Assembly: GCA_965112735.1 (NCBI GenBank)
Contig: OZ218950.1
Span: 4,464,001 to 4,528,000 of the forward strand
Origin: Phaeosaccion multiseriatum
Taxonomy: Eukaryota > Protista > Ochrophyta, other classes
Direction: 5' to 3'
DNA length: 64,000 bases
Made by a program: the position numbers and the translations under genes. Of the stretch, positions 13,683 to 25,200 are shown one piece after another. The notes below the pieces were generated by a model. That model did not search any database and was not told where the DNA came from. It saw only the letters and a list, made by a program, of their open reading frames with translations. The stretch's first letter is position 1. The number at the start of each line of letters is the position of its first letter.

Positions 13683-15187
13683 ATTGGAAGAGAGGAGGAA
13701 GATGCGGGTTCAATTGAGACGGAAGAGGGGTCGAAGAGGAAAGGGAGAACACGCAGAGAGAAAAAAGAAAGAGGGAGAGGGATTGAGGAAAAAAGTTAAG
13801 AAATACCCTCACAAGGTGGTGCTTCGGGCTGCGCCCTCGGCAGGGAGGAGGAGGAGAGAAGAGGGTTGGAGTTGGCAAGAAGTGGGAAAAGGGAGAGTGG
13901 AGGATAGGAAGGTGAAAGGGGGAGGGGAGGCAGGAGGAAAACTCTATTGCAGGAGGACTTTATTGCAGGAGGAGCAAAAGTAGGAGGGACTCACAAATGG
14001 CGAGTGCAGGATGTGGGAGGAGGAGGAGGAGGAGGAGGAGGAGGAGGAGGAGGAGAAGAAGAGGAGGTTAGTCTGGCTGCGATGCGTCTCGAGATAACGG
14101 TCTGGCTGCGATGCGTCTCCGGACTTGAGCGGGTGGGCCTGCAGGTAATCCATGCGGGAAATCGGCTGCCGCGTGGAGGAAATGGGTGGGAAGGCGAAAG
14201 ACTCGAAGTCTGCAGGAGAGAAGATAGAGGAGGGGAAGGAGAAGAGGTGGCTGTAGGAGAGAAGACAGACGAAGAGAATTGATGGGCGTGACAGAGAAGC
14301 TTACAAAAAAAAAATAGGCACAGCAGCGTGTGTGCTGGCCAGAAAGTGCAAGCGGGTGAAAAGTCATCTTCAAGCGGATTTTCCCGCACAAGGGGGCGCC
14401 CAGCGTGCTGGACGAGGTACCGGGGAGCCTGTACTACAGGAAAAGGCAGTGGGGAGCCGTTCCGGAGGAACATCGTAGAGGCATAGGGTTAGAGCGCTGA
14501 GCGTGCAGCATTTTGGCACATTTGGAGGCGTACAGGTGCCATCTATGATTGTCTAAAAGTAATGTCTCACCGCCTCGGGGAACTTAGCCCCCGAGGTCGT
14601 ATCCCTCCGATGCGTCAGTTCTCCCGATTGGCATAAAGTTGATGCCAGCCAGGATCCTATGGCGAATCGATCTTTCGTGTCGAGCCCGCTGGAGCGCAAC
14701 GGCCAAACGCCGCCGAATGACGCAAACAGCCGTCGCAGAAGCCCTCATGTCCAGATGTTCGTGCCCCCCAGCCATGTGGGTGGCGAGTGTTTTGATAAAC
14801 ATCTGTGCTGACGGACCAAATGCGCCTTGCTGCTCCATCCCAAAAGGGACGAGATGATACCTCGTGGGGTCATAGTGGATGTCTCCACCCTGGCCCTCCA
14901 TGCCTCCATGTGGCACACCATACCTGGTGCGCTTGGTTGCTTCAGCCTTCTTGGCTGCCGCGAGTGCCTCCTTCGATGCCTTGGCCCGATTGGTAATGTT
15001 GGTGGCATCTGTGAGTGTGACGTCAATCATGAGGGACTTGTGGCCGTCCCCATATTCATGGTCGGATGGAAGCTCAAACATCCTGGGGGGAGTCACGATG
15101 TCCATCTCCATCTGCTTGGCCACGTGGGCGTCACCCCTCACGGCATTGCTCCCCCCTCTCCCTCGTCGCGGGGTGACCGTTCTTGCC

Positions 15188-15729
15188 CTCATGAAGAAGG
15201 GGAAGCTGGTGTTCTGTACTATCCCTCTGCCCAGGCCCTCGCTCTTCATCAGGGTGTGCTAAGCTGAGATAGTAAAGACGTTCAGGGGTTTGGACCAAGT
15301 ATATGCTGCGCTCACGACGGCACATTTCTTCGAGGGGATCACGAGCGGGAGGAGGAGCCAGCGCCAGCGACGGCCACGGAAATGGCAATGGGGTAGACTG
15401 TCGCTTGGGGGTAGTGTGGTAGATTGTCCTGCCTAAGGGTTTCCGGTCATACATTCTGGGGTATAATAAGAATGTCGGTTTCCTAGGCACGCCCCGAGGG
15501 GGATCAACGGCTCTGGCGTTTCACCCTCCTCTTTATGGGCACAAGCTTTGCATCAGCGAGTAGTAGAGATATATTATCAATACGGACACTGACGCCCCAC
15601 CATAAGCGCAGCATATACTTGGTCCAAACCCCTGAACGTCTTTACTATCTCAGCTTAGCACACCCTGATGAAGAGCGAGGGCCTGGGCAGAGGGATAGTA
15701 CAGAACGCCAGCTTCCCCTTCTTCATGAG
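15188..15729. repeat. 125-bp inverted repeat (arms 15188-15312 and 15605-15729) around a 292-bp core
   Basis: The arms are reverse complements, with one visible mismatch (gctggtgttc vs gctggcgttc). Confidence 0.9.
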
Positions 15730-15799
15730 TGAGAAATGAAGAAGGGGAAGCTGGTGTTCTGTACTATCCCTCTGCCTAGGCCCTCGCTCTTCATCAGGG
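15663..15799. repeat. Fold-back palindrome, 64-bp arms, 9-nt loop
   Basis: ccctgatgaagagc...cttcat, loop gagtgagaa, then atgaag...gctcttcatcaggg. Confidence 0.9.
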
Positions 15800-16489
15800 C
15801 GACAAATGCCTTCTGCACAGCGTCGTGTTGGGGTGTGCTGAGCCCCGTCTTCGTGCAGGTGATGATGTGCCCCTCCGTCAGCGCCTTGCCAGGGCACTTA
15901 TGGCAGTCCCTGCTGTAGGTGGGGTCGATGCCCAGTCTTCTCCGAATGGCACTCTTATGCTCGGCGTCCGTGAGGTGGAGTGCTCCCCCTGCCTTCTTGG
16001 TCGGCTGAAGATGGAGCCACGCACCAGCACCCTTCACGCTGTGGCTGAGGGCTCTGGCCAGGCACTTCTCCCGTTCGTCCTGCTGTGGGATCGCTTTCAG
16101 GCGTTCCAAAAAGTCTGTCCTCGCCTTCGACGTGAGGAGCTTGGTAAAGCGCCGCTGGGCGCCTCGCCTCTCCCCGTGTCGGCTGTGTGGGATGGAGGGT
16201 CCACCCTCGTCCAACATCTTGGTTTCCTCTGTCCGCCAGCGTGGCCGGCCGCCCTCATCATCGTCATCCCCGCCTGGTTCCACGTCATGCTCACCCTCTG
16301 GGTCTTCGTCACTTCCACCCCCTGGGTCTTCGTCACTCCCCCCCCCTGGGTCTGTCTCGCTATCAGAGGTTGGTCCATCTGCGGTCCCCTGCTGCCCTGC
16401 AGCCGCGTCGCACCCTTCCGCCCCCACCCCAGGGTGTATCACTTCGGCCCCAACATCACCCTCTTCGCCTAAGTCTGATTCTTCACCCC

Positions 16490-16823
16490 AGCGCACCAGG
16501 TATGGTGTGCCACATGGAGGCATGGAGGGCCAGGGTGGAGACATCCACTATGACCCCACGAGGTATCATCTCGTCCCTTTTGGGATGGAGCAGCAAGGCG
16601 CATTTGGTCCGTCAGCACAGATGTTTATCAAAACACTCGCCACCCACATGGCTGGGGGGCACGAACATCTGTGGCGAGTGTTTTGATAAACATCTGTGCT
16701 GACGGACCAAATGCGCCTTGCTGCTCCATCCCAAAAGGGACGAGATGATACCTCGTGGGGTCATAGTGGATGTCTCCACCCTGGCCCTCCATGCCTCCAT
16801 GTGGTAACCATACCTGGTGCGCT
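16490..16823. repeat. Fold-back palindrome, about 153-bp arms, 27-nt loop, made of duplicated RLE-coding sequence
   Basis: 16490-16643 is the reverse complement of 16671-16823, and both match about 14780-14934. Confidence 0.9.
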
Positions 16824-17065
16824 TGGTTGCTTTGATGTTTCCATAATTTTTATGCGCGAAAAGTTGATGTCGCACAGATGGCAGCTGATGGCAGTATTGC
16901 TGACTTACGGTCTCCCGTTACCGCGCCCACGATCACAGATCTCACCGCTCCACCTTCTTTTTGCATGTGAGAGAGTTCCCTCTTACTTCATTCTCTTTCC
17001 ACGCTCGCACGCAGGAAAATGGCGTGTTGCGGTGGCTTGGAAAGGTCTAGTGTTAACCCCTCCAG

Positions 17066-17405
17066 ATGACACTGATGAGGAGAAAAGAGGGAATGCCGCC
17101 TCTCTACCTGCTGCTGCTCGGGCTGCTACTCCTCCTGCAGCAGCGGACGGCGACCAGTAGCTTCGTGGGTCAGTTTAGATGGCCGCTCCGTGGAGACCGT
17201 GGCCACACTGCGCTGTCTAAAGGGCCCGAGACATGGTCTTCTAGGAGAAAGGAGCATCGGCGCCTCCGAGACCACCAGCAGGATCGGACCTTCGGCACGC
17301 TGCAAGAGAGCCTGGACGAGAAGCGCCGCCAAAACCACAAGATCCAGCTGCGGCTACGAGAGGAGCAGCGACGAAAGGATCTGGAGTTGGAAGAACAGCG
17401 GCAGC

Positions 17406-17447
<42 letters not shown>

Positions 17448-20400
17448 CAGAGGAGGAGCGGCAGAAGGAGAAGGAGAAGAAGGAGAATGAGCCACCGCTT
17501 CTCGTTCACCAGCAGTCTCCATTCAAGCAGGCCAGAGAGGCGGCGGCTGCAGAAGCAGCAGCAGCAGCAGCAGCAGCGGCGGCGGCGGCGGCAGCCTCAG
17601 ATGACTCAAAGTCTTCCTCCGCTTCCGTTTCCTCGTATCGCATCCCCTCCAAGCGCCCCCCTCGACAGGGCCGGAGCTCTTTTGGCTTTGACCGTGTGAT
17701 TCCTCTTAAGGGGGCCGAGCCCCCGCCCATCCCATACAGAGGGGTCGGTAGTCCTCGTGGTCTCATCCTTGTCATCCCGGGCCTGGAGGCTTCAGGCAGC
17801 CTGGGCGTCGAGGAGACGCATCTGCAGTACGATCACCTCACAGCAGAGTTTGACGTTTGGCAAATGGTCATTAAGCCACGCGACCGCTCGTACTTTACGC
17901 AGCTCATTGATGGATGCGTCAACTTCCTCCTCGCCCATCGAGAAGACGACGGTTTCGACTTGGAGCACCGGGGGGGGGGTTACGCAGCCAGCAGCACCAG
18001 CGGGGGCGGCAACAGGGGAGACGCGAGGGTAGGGTCCAAGCGAAAGGCGACTATTGTTGCCAGCAGCTTTGGTGGGCTGCTGGCTCTGGCGGTGGCCCTC
18101 GACCCCCGTGTCCAGGAAGTGGACTTTCTGGGCAGCCTGCTCCTCGTCAACCCGGCCACATCCTTCGAGGAGACCAGCTGGAGCGTTCTGGGCACCGCTC
18201 TCACCTACGCACCCTCCAACGCTCTGTACAATGTCGTTGGGGTGGGGTTGGCTGCAGGGGTGACGGCCGACAAATCAAAGGTGAGTTTTTGGTTTGGTTT
18301 GGCTCTTTCCCCTTCGCTGCGTGTGATGTGAATGTGAGGCAATGCGATGTGAATGTATCATTAAACCAATCAATCGTGTCACCCGTTACGAACGACAATA
18401 TGAGCCACAAACCACTCAACCAACCAATCAATCAATCCCGAATCCCAAATGACAAACATCGAATCACCACATCACAAACGACAAACCCCATAGAGAGACA
18501 TGATGGTGGGCGATGTGCTGACCGACCCCATCGGAGGAGCACGAAAGGCCATCGGCGGCATGGTGCAGTCCGTGGAGAGCCTCATCAAGGAGCTGCCTGC
18601 AGACACATTGAGGTGGAGACTCATGCATTGGCTCAACGACGGGTGTGCACTCACCTGTCCGAGGTTGGGAGAGGTGGACATTGCTGTGACGGTGGTGGCG
18701 GGGGATGAGGATAAGGTGCTACCGAGTGTGGAGGAGGCGAATCGCTTGGAGGAGGTGAGTGGAGTGGAGTAAGTGAGTGAGGGAGTGAGTGAGGGAGTGA
18801 GCGAGTGAGCGAGTGCGTGAATGAGTGAGAGTGAGTGGAAGGGAGGGAATAGGAAGGGAAAGGGAAGAGAAGTGGAGGTGTGTGTGTCTGTGTGAGAGAG
18901 AGAGAGATGATGGGGGAGGGGAAGGGAGAGCTCTTCTTCGAAAAAGAAATGAGTAAGGAAGGAATGAAGGAAGGAAGGGTTCGGTTGAAAAAGAGGAGAA
19001 CGATCAGCGGCATTCGGTAACCATCCTCTTCCTACTCCCTCCTCCCGCCTCTTCCCTCCATCTTCCTCCTCCTCCGCCTTCAGACCATCCCCAACTGCCG
19101 CAAAGTGATCATCGAAGGCATCGGACACATCGCCCTCACAGACCCCGGCATGTTCAAAGTGTCGGACTACATCTTCGAAGGGAGCGCTGTGCAGTTCCAG
19201 AGAGCGCTCGACTTTGACGCGCCGGAGACGGCCAAGCAGTTGGAACATCTCCTACTGGAAACCTTTGGCTATGGCACGTACACCCCCAACCCGTATGACT
19301 TCAACTATGACACGGCCAAACAGAGCAGCAGTAGTAGCAGCAGCAGCAGCAGCAGTGGTGATGGCAGTGGCAGCAGCAGTGGCGGTGATGGCAGCAGCAC
19401 CCCCAGTGCCAACAGTAGAGAGCGTAGGGAGGGAGACCCTCGCCGCCTCCGACTAGGGAGAACCATTCGCTCTTTCCAACGAGCCGGGGGCGGGGGGGGA
19501 GCAGCGAATTCAGACTTCGGGCACCGCCGGACCGCAGCAATGTACAGCACGCTGGCAAATGGCGACGTCGTGGCTGGGTTAAGCGGAGTACCACTCCCTC
19601 TACCCGGCCCCAGCCTAAGTGGTGATGGTACTGCTCATGATGGTCACGATGTTCACAATAGTGGCACAAACCTCATCATCTTCGTGGGAAATCGGGTGGC
19701 GAGCGCTGGCACTGGCACAAGAGGAGGAGGGGGAGGAGAAAGAGGAGGAGCCGGAGGAGGAGGAAGGGACCATGGACCTTCCGACTTTCACTCCGAGTTG
19801 GACGATTTGAAGGCGCTTTGGCCGGCGCTGCATGCGCACTGGGGGGGCAGGCTTCCCAGGCTAATGCTGCACAAGGTGGTAGAGACTCGGGCTGGTGTAT
19901 CACCAAACGCTGGGGTCGGCGCTGGGGCGGGTGGTGGTGGTGGTGCGGGTGGTGGTGGGGTTGGTGGTGATGCTGCTGTGAGGTCTAGACAGGAGGGCAG
20001 GGAGGGCGTTAGGGGGATCGGTTCCTCCCCTGTCGCTGCTGCTGCTGTATCACCAACTGGTGATGATGGTAGTCGTCATCGTGGCGGCGAGTCTGACTGG
20101 AGGGACCGCAGCAACGCTCGAATGCGTGTTCGGCAGCACATAGAACAGCGACGGAGAGAGAAGAAGCAGCAGCGCGGAGAGCAACAACAGCAGCAGCAGC
20201 ACCAGCAGCAGCACCAGCACCAGCAGGAGGAGGATGGTCCTATGAACAAGCCCCGAAAGGGCACTCTCCTGGATTGGGTCATCGAACTCACAGACCCCGA
20301 GACTGAGCAGCAGCACGGCAACAGCGGCAGCGGCAGTGGAACGTTACAGACCCCAGGGGGGAGCGGTGGTGGAAGCGTACTGGGCAGGCTCCGAGGGGCG

Positions 20401-20660
20401 CTCGGTCGAGTGCAGAAGCTGCGCTCAGTGGGGCGACAGGAGGTGCTTAGCAGCATTGCTTCGCGCATCGCGCCGCCGGACAAGTACAGCGGTGCCGTGT
20501 TTGCCAAGGTAGCGGGGAGGTACATTCAGCGCGTGGTGGACAGTAGGGAAGGTCTAGTAGGGATGGAAGAAGAGGAGGAGGAGAGGGAGGACGAGGGGGA
20601 GGAGGAGGGGGAAGAGGAGGAGTGGACACAGGAGGAGTTGGCGACGAAGCAGCAGCAGAA

Positions 20661-20691
<31 letters not shown>

Positions 20692-20950
20692 GACCCGCAG
20701 CAGCCCCGTAGACCGTTTGGAGGGAAGAACGAGACGTACGGGCGGCTCGCGCTGGAGACGAGACAGCTGATTCACGCGGTGGGAAACGCGCTGGACCGGG
20801 GAGAGGAGGAGGGGGAGGCCATCAAGAGAAGGATAGCCGCCCTCGGGGACGTAAGGGAGGTCTTGCGTAGCGGTACCAGTGGTAGGCGTAGGGGGAGGGG
20901 ACAAAGTAGTAGTAGTGGTGGTGGTGGTAGTGGTAGTAGTAGTCGTAGTC

Positions 20951-21017
<67 letters not shown>

Positions 21018-21406
21018 TAGTAGTCATAGTGGTAGTAGGAGTAGTAGTGGTACTCGGGAGAGCTGGAGGAGGAAGAAGCAGGCCCGCCCGTCCTCTCCTC
21101 CCCCCCCCCCTCCTCCCCATCATACTACCACTCGTACTGCTGCTACCAGTGCCATTGTCGCCACCGACTCAGAGAGAGGGCGCGCAGCGGCGGCTCGTCA
21201 ACAGCACGAGCAGGAGCAATTGAGAGAGATGCAGAACATGCTTCGAGAGAAGCAAAGGGCGCTGCGACCTTCCCCCGCGGAGATGAAGACGAGGCTCGGA
21301 GCGGTTCCGGCAGGCCCTTCCAATCTATTTCGGTTGCTGGAGAGGGGAGAGTCGGTGCTGCTGTGGCCCGACCTCGCTGGTGCCAAAGAAGGGCAGCCGC
21401 AACCCC

Positions 21407-21438
<32 letters not shown>

Positions 21439-21978
21439 GGCAGAGGTGGAGGATTGGACAGCAACAGGGGTGGTGGAGTGGACTACGCTCTGGACTGGCC
21501 GGAGAGGGATACGTTTGTCAAGATCGCAGCGAGGTTCAATGCCACCATTGTGCCCTTCTCCACCCTCGGGGACGGGAGGTGGACGGCAGAAGACGGTGAC
21601 GACGGTGAAGTAGGGGCAGCAGCTGAAGGAGGAGGAGGAGGAGGAGGAGGAGGAGGGGGGGTGGGGGGGGGGAGGAGCAGACAGGTGCAGCAGCAGCAGT
21701 TCCTCTTTGGCCAGCCCTTCGAGACGGCGTGTGTCGACCGCAGAGACAGCGTGCTCTGCCAGAGCCTCTATGTGCGCATCAAGAGCGCGGTCTTTTCAGG
21801 CGTGGCCAAGCTGCTGAGGATGAGATCCACCCCCTCCTCCTCCTCCGCCACCACCACAACCACCACCACGCTCCCGTTCCACTCCAGCAGTAGCAGCAGC
21901 AGACATGATGATCATACTAATGGGGAGAGCGAGGGAATAGGCAGGGCCAATGGCACTATTCGCCGGGGGGCTGGATAG
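17066..21978 (+). CDS. Phytyl-ester-synthase/ELT-like protein (alpha/beta hydrolase + divergent DGAT2-like acyltransferase domain), probably plastid-targeted
   Basis: Signal peptide + TSS|F. Hydrolase motifs LVIPGLEASG, FDVWQMVIKPRDRS, VASSFGGLLALAVA, LLLVNPATSF, LPADTLRWRL, AGDEDKVLPSVEEANRL and EGIGHIAL. Then MYSTLANGDVVAGLSGVP, IFVGNR, GAVPAGPSNLFRLLERGESVLLWP and YALDWPERDTFVKIAARFNATIVPF. Exons about 17066-18280, 18493-18754, 19084-21978. Confidence 0.8.
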
Positions 21979-22217
21979 CCATACTATAAATCGCAATAAC
22001 CACAAAAAAGGTCTCAAAACTCATATATTACGGATGGTAGGGGGCGAGGTCTTACTCCTTTTTCTCTTCCTCTCCCTCGCCCTTCTCGCAGCAGTCTTGT
22101 GTCTGGAACATACATCGACCTTGTGATGCTGTATCACCAACTGCCGTGTCGCCACCTGCTGTGCTGCACTGTGCTGTGACACCCGATGCCGCTCCTCTCT
22201 GCGCTTTCCTCTCTCTC

Positions 22218-25200
22218 TTACCTGAGAAGAGGGGCCGATTCGATGATGGCCTTGTGGCTGTATGGCTGGAACCTGAGGGAAGGAAGGAAGGAAGGAAACG
22301 CATTGGGTGGACAGGCAAATGACAGAAGTGAGACACGAGACGTGCTTGACGGATGGAGAAGACGGATACATGGATAGATAGACGGATACATGGATAAATA
22401 CATAGAAAGATAGATAGGTGGATAGACAGATGGATAGATGGATATATAGATAGGTAGATAGACAGGTGGAGAGATGAATAGCTCAGTCGACTCAACCCAA
22501 CCCACTCACCCACTCACTACCTCACTCACTCACCCTACTCCCCTCCCTCCCCCACGCACTCGACTAACCCCACTCCCTCCCTCACTCCACTCACTCACCT
22601 ATAGCCATCCGCCCTGTAGAACTTGTTTTGGAACTCCACCCAGTGCAAACGCAACGCGTGCAAAAAGCACTCCAACACGTCCATACACAACAGCACCGCA
22701 AAAGTCACGCCGAAAAACACCGCGAAGCCAAGCACAATGGCGACGGGGTTGCCCATTTCTATGCTCGAAAGCATGGCCTTCTCCCAAAACACCGACGCGA
22801 GCTCCGTGTGTGCCAGAGAGAGGGCCCAGAGACGGAGGTAGGAAGCGGTGTTGGACACCATACCGAGCACAAATTCAATGGTCTCGATGCCCTGATGGAT
22901 GCAAATTTCCCCAAAGCTTTCATCCCCGTGCCCCCCTCCTCCTTCCCCTCCCCCATGGCCCTCCTCTGTGTGACCTGTGGGCGCGTGCGTGGCAGTGGGG
23001 GGTGGGTGGTCGGTCGGTCGAGAGAGGAGTACAGCACAGCAGCAACACATGAAGGAATCGAGAGGAAGATGAGAAAGGGGGAGGGGGAGGGGGGCGGACG
23101 GTGGTCGTCGTTTAGGGTCACAACTCTCTTTGTCCCTTCCCTCCCTCCCTCTCTCCCTCCCTTCCCCCGTCTCCTCAATCGAGCCCGTATCTATCTACCG
23201 CTCTCTATCCTGTATCTCCCCGAACCAAATCAAACCAACGAATGTCGAGCAACAGCAACAACAACAATAACAACAACAACAACAACAACAAACCACCAAC
23301 AAGCAAAACAAACCAACCAACAACAACTCACTTCCGCCGCCGTCCTCCATCAGATGGCTCTCGCTGTTGAAACTGTCGCGTCTGCTCCGGCTGTCCATGC
23401 GACTCTTGAGCACAAGCGGCTTTGCCAGCAACAACACCGGGATGCAGATAAACGCAATGAGCAGCAGGAATGTCTGAAGCACCGCCTGCCCCGGAAACAT
23501 GGGCTCGTCCACACTACCCGGCGCGAGAGCAATGTTGATGAGCGTGGTAATGAGGTTGGGTGGTTGGCATCCGTCTCCCGTGCCCCCATAGTCGAGCGGA
23601 CACAGCTCTGCTGTGGTCTCGGTGCCGTCGCAGGCGAGTCCCCAGTTGGTTTCGCCATCTTCGCCGCAAGTGGCGCTGAGCATGCGTGCCTCCCAATTAA
23701 TGCCCCACTTCATGAAGATGAGCAGCACCATGTAACCGAAGAGGGAGAAGTCGAAGATGATCATGGGGATGAACTCGAAGAAGAAGTCCAGAGGCTCTGT
23801 TGGGGGGGAGGGAGGGAGTGAGCCAGAGTTAACAATTGATTTCCCTTGCCCATACTGTCACACTGGAGTACGACTTGTGTACGTGTGAATGTGTGTGAGT
23901 GTGCTGGTGTCGACATTCATGACACCCTTCCATTCATGCCATCCCTCCTCAAGTCAAAACTAAAAAAACCAAAAAAAAACCCTCAAAACCAAACTCAACC
24001 TCACCGTGAAAGTAGACTGAGTTCATGGCCTTTAGCACAATGCCCCCGGTCATTTGAACAATGCCAATGCACACGCTCATCTTCATCTTCATGCTGTTGA
24101 AGAAGAGCAGCTCGTTGTCCGACACGTGCCAGGCCGGGTCCACTCCGAAGGGGTACACGTTGGAAGGGTCACCGTACGGCACCGTCCCCGGGGGGTCGTC
24201 ACCCACCCTCGTAGCCTGAGTGAGTGGGAGAGTGAGGGAGTGATTGAGTGAGTGAGGGATGGAGACAGTGAGGGAGTTCAGTGAATGAGAGAGTGATCCC
24301 GTTACAATCACCCACACACTCGTCGCACGACCCCGTACCCACCCACTCCCACTCACCCCACCACTCACTCACTCACTCACTCACTCACTCACTCACCCAC
24401 TTCACCCCCACTCACTCACCACTGTGCCCGGTTCGGTGTCCGTGCCTGCTAGCCACTCGTACCCACTCCCAAACAAGTTGAGCGGGATGGAGAAGTAGTC
24501 GTTGTAGACAAGGCCGGCATAAACACTAAAAAAGCCCATCATGAGGATCATCCACCTGCCCATGTAAAGCCCCGCGGACAGCTCCCCGAGGTCACGGCGG
24601 TGCGACACGGAGCCCCACGACATGACCAAATAGAGCCCCAGGAGGAAGATGCACGCCCCGTGCCCAATGTCTCCGTACATGACGCCGTACAAGAAAGGGA
24701 AGGTGGCGGCGGTAAAGAGGGCCGGGTTGGCTTCCTTGTACCTCGGCACGCCGTACGTGTTCACAAACTCCTGAAACGCGTGGGTGAAAGCGTTGAGCTT
24801 GAAGAATGTTGGCGGAGTAGGCCAGGGACGAGGCATATCCTCCACCATACTCGGCATGCGCATGTCCATGGTCGCGTGACTCTTATTCACTGCCTCCTGC
24901 ACCTCCTCCAACGACTCGCCCACCACCCACCCCTCCCCTCGAAGGATGCCCCTGACGTCCGGCTTGAACATGTTCAATGTGTAGTACACGCTCTTCTCTC
25001 TCAAGGCCGTCCACGTCCATGTCTCGAGATGGTCAGCCAGGTGACCGCAGAGCTCCAGGCGAGCGTCTCTATTCTTGAGGAGGACGAGTCGAGCGTCGTT
25101 GAGCTCGCTGTAGTTTTCGTTCATCATTTGAGTCTAATGGGAATGGTGGGGTGACGGGTGGGAGGTGTGTGGGGGAGGTGGAAGAGGTTGGGAGGGGTGG

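Larger units (their letters stand above)
14584..16833 (-). mobile_element. Rearranged remnant of a CRE-like non-LTR retrotransposon (post-RT region, CCHC zinc knuckle, restriction-like endonuclease)
   Basis: 16490-15736 encodes AQRRFTKLL...GAGAWLHLQP...LTDAEHKSAIRRRLG...CHKC...HIITC...QHDAV. 15254-14584 encodes MEMDIV...LMIDVT...AAAKKAEATKRTRY...HLVPFGMEQQGAFGPSAQMFIKTL...IRRRLAVALQR, the typical CRE-clade RLE motif order. No RT domain is present, and pieces occur in both orientations. Confidence 0.8.

Noticed and set aside
14572-14597. Small hairpin cctcgggg-N8-ccccgagg at the RLE stop codon
   Set aside because: An 8-bp GC stem can arise by chance, and there is no poly(A) tail or target-site duplication to confirm it marks the element's 3' end.
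15663-15740. CTGATGA...GAAA resembling a hammerhead ribozyme core
   Set aside because: CTGATGA is coding sequence (CTG ATG AAG, Leu-Met-Lys) of the inverted retroelement piece. I could not build stems I-III or a cleavage triplet.
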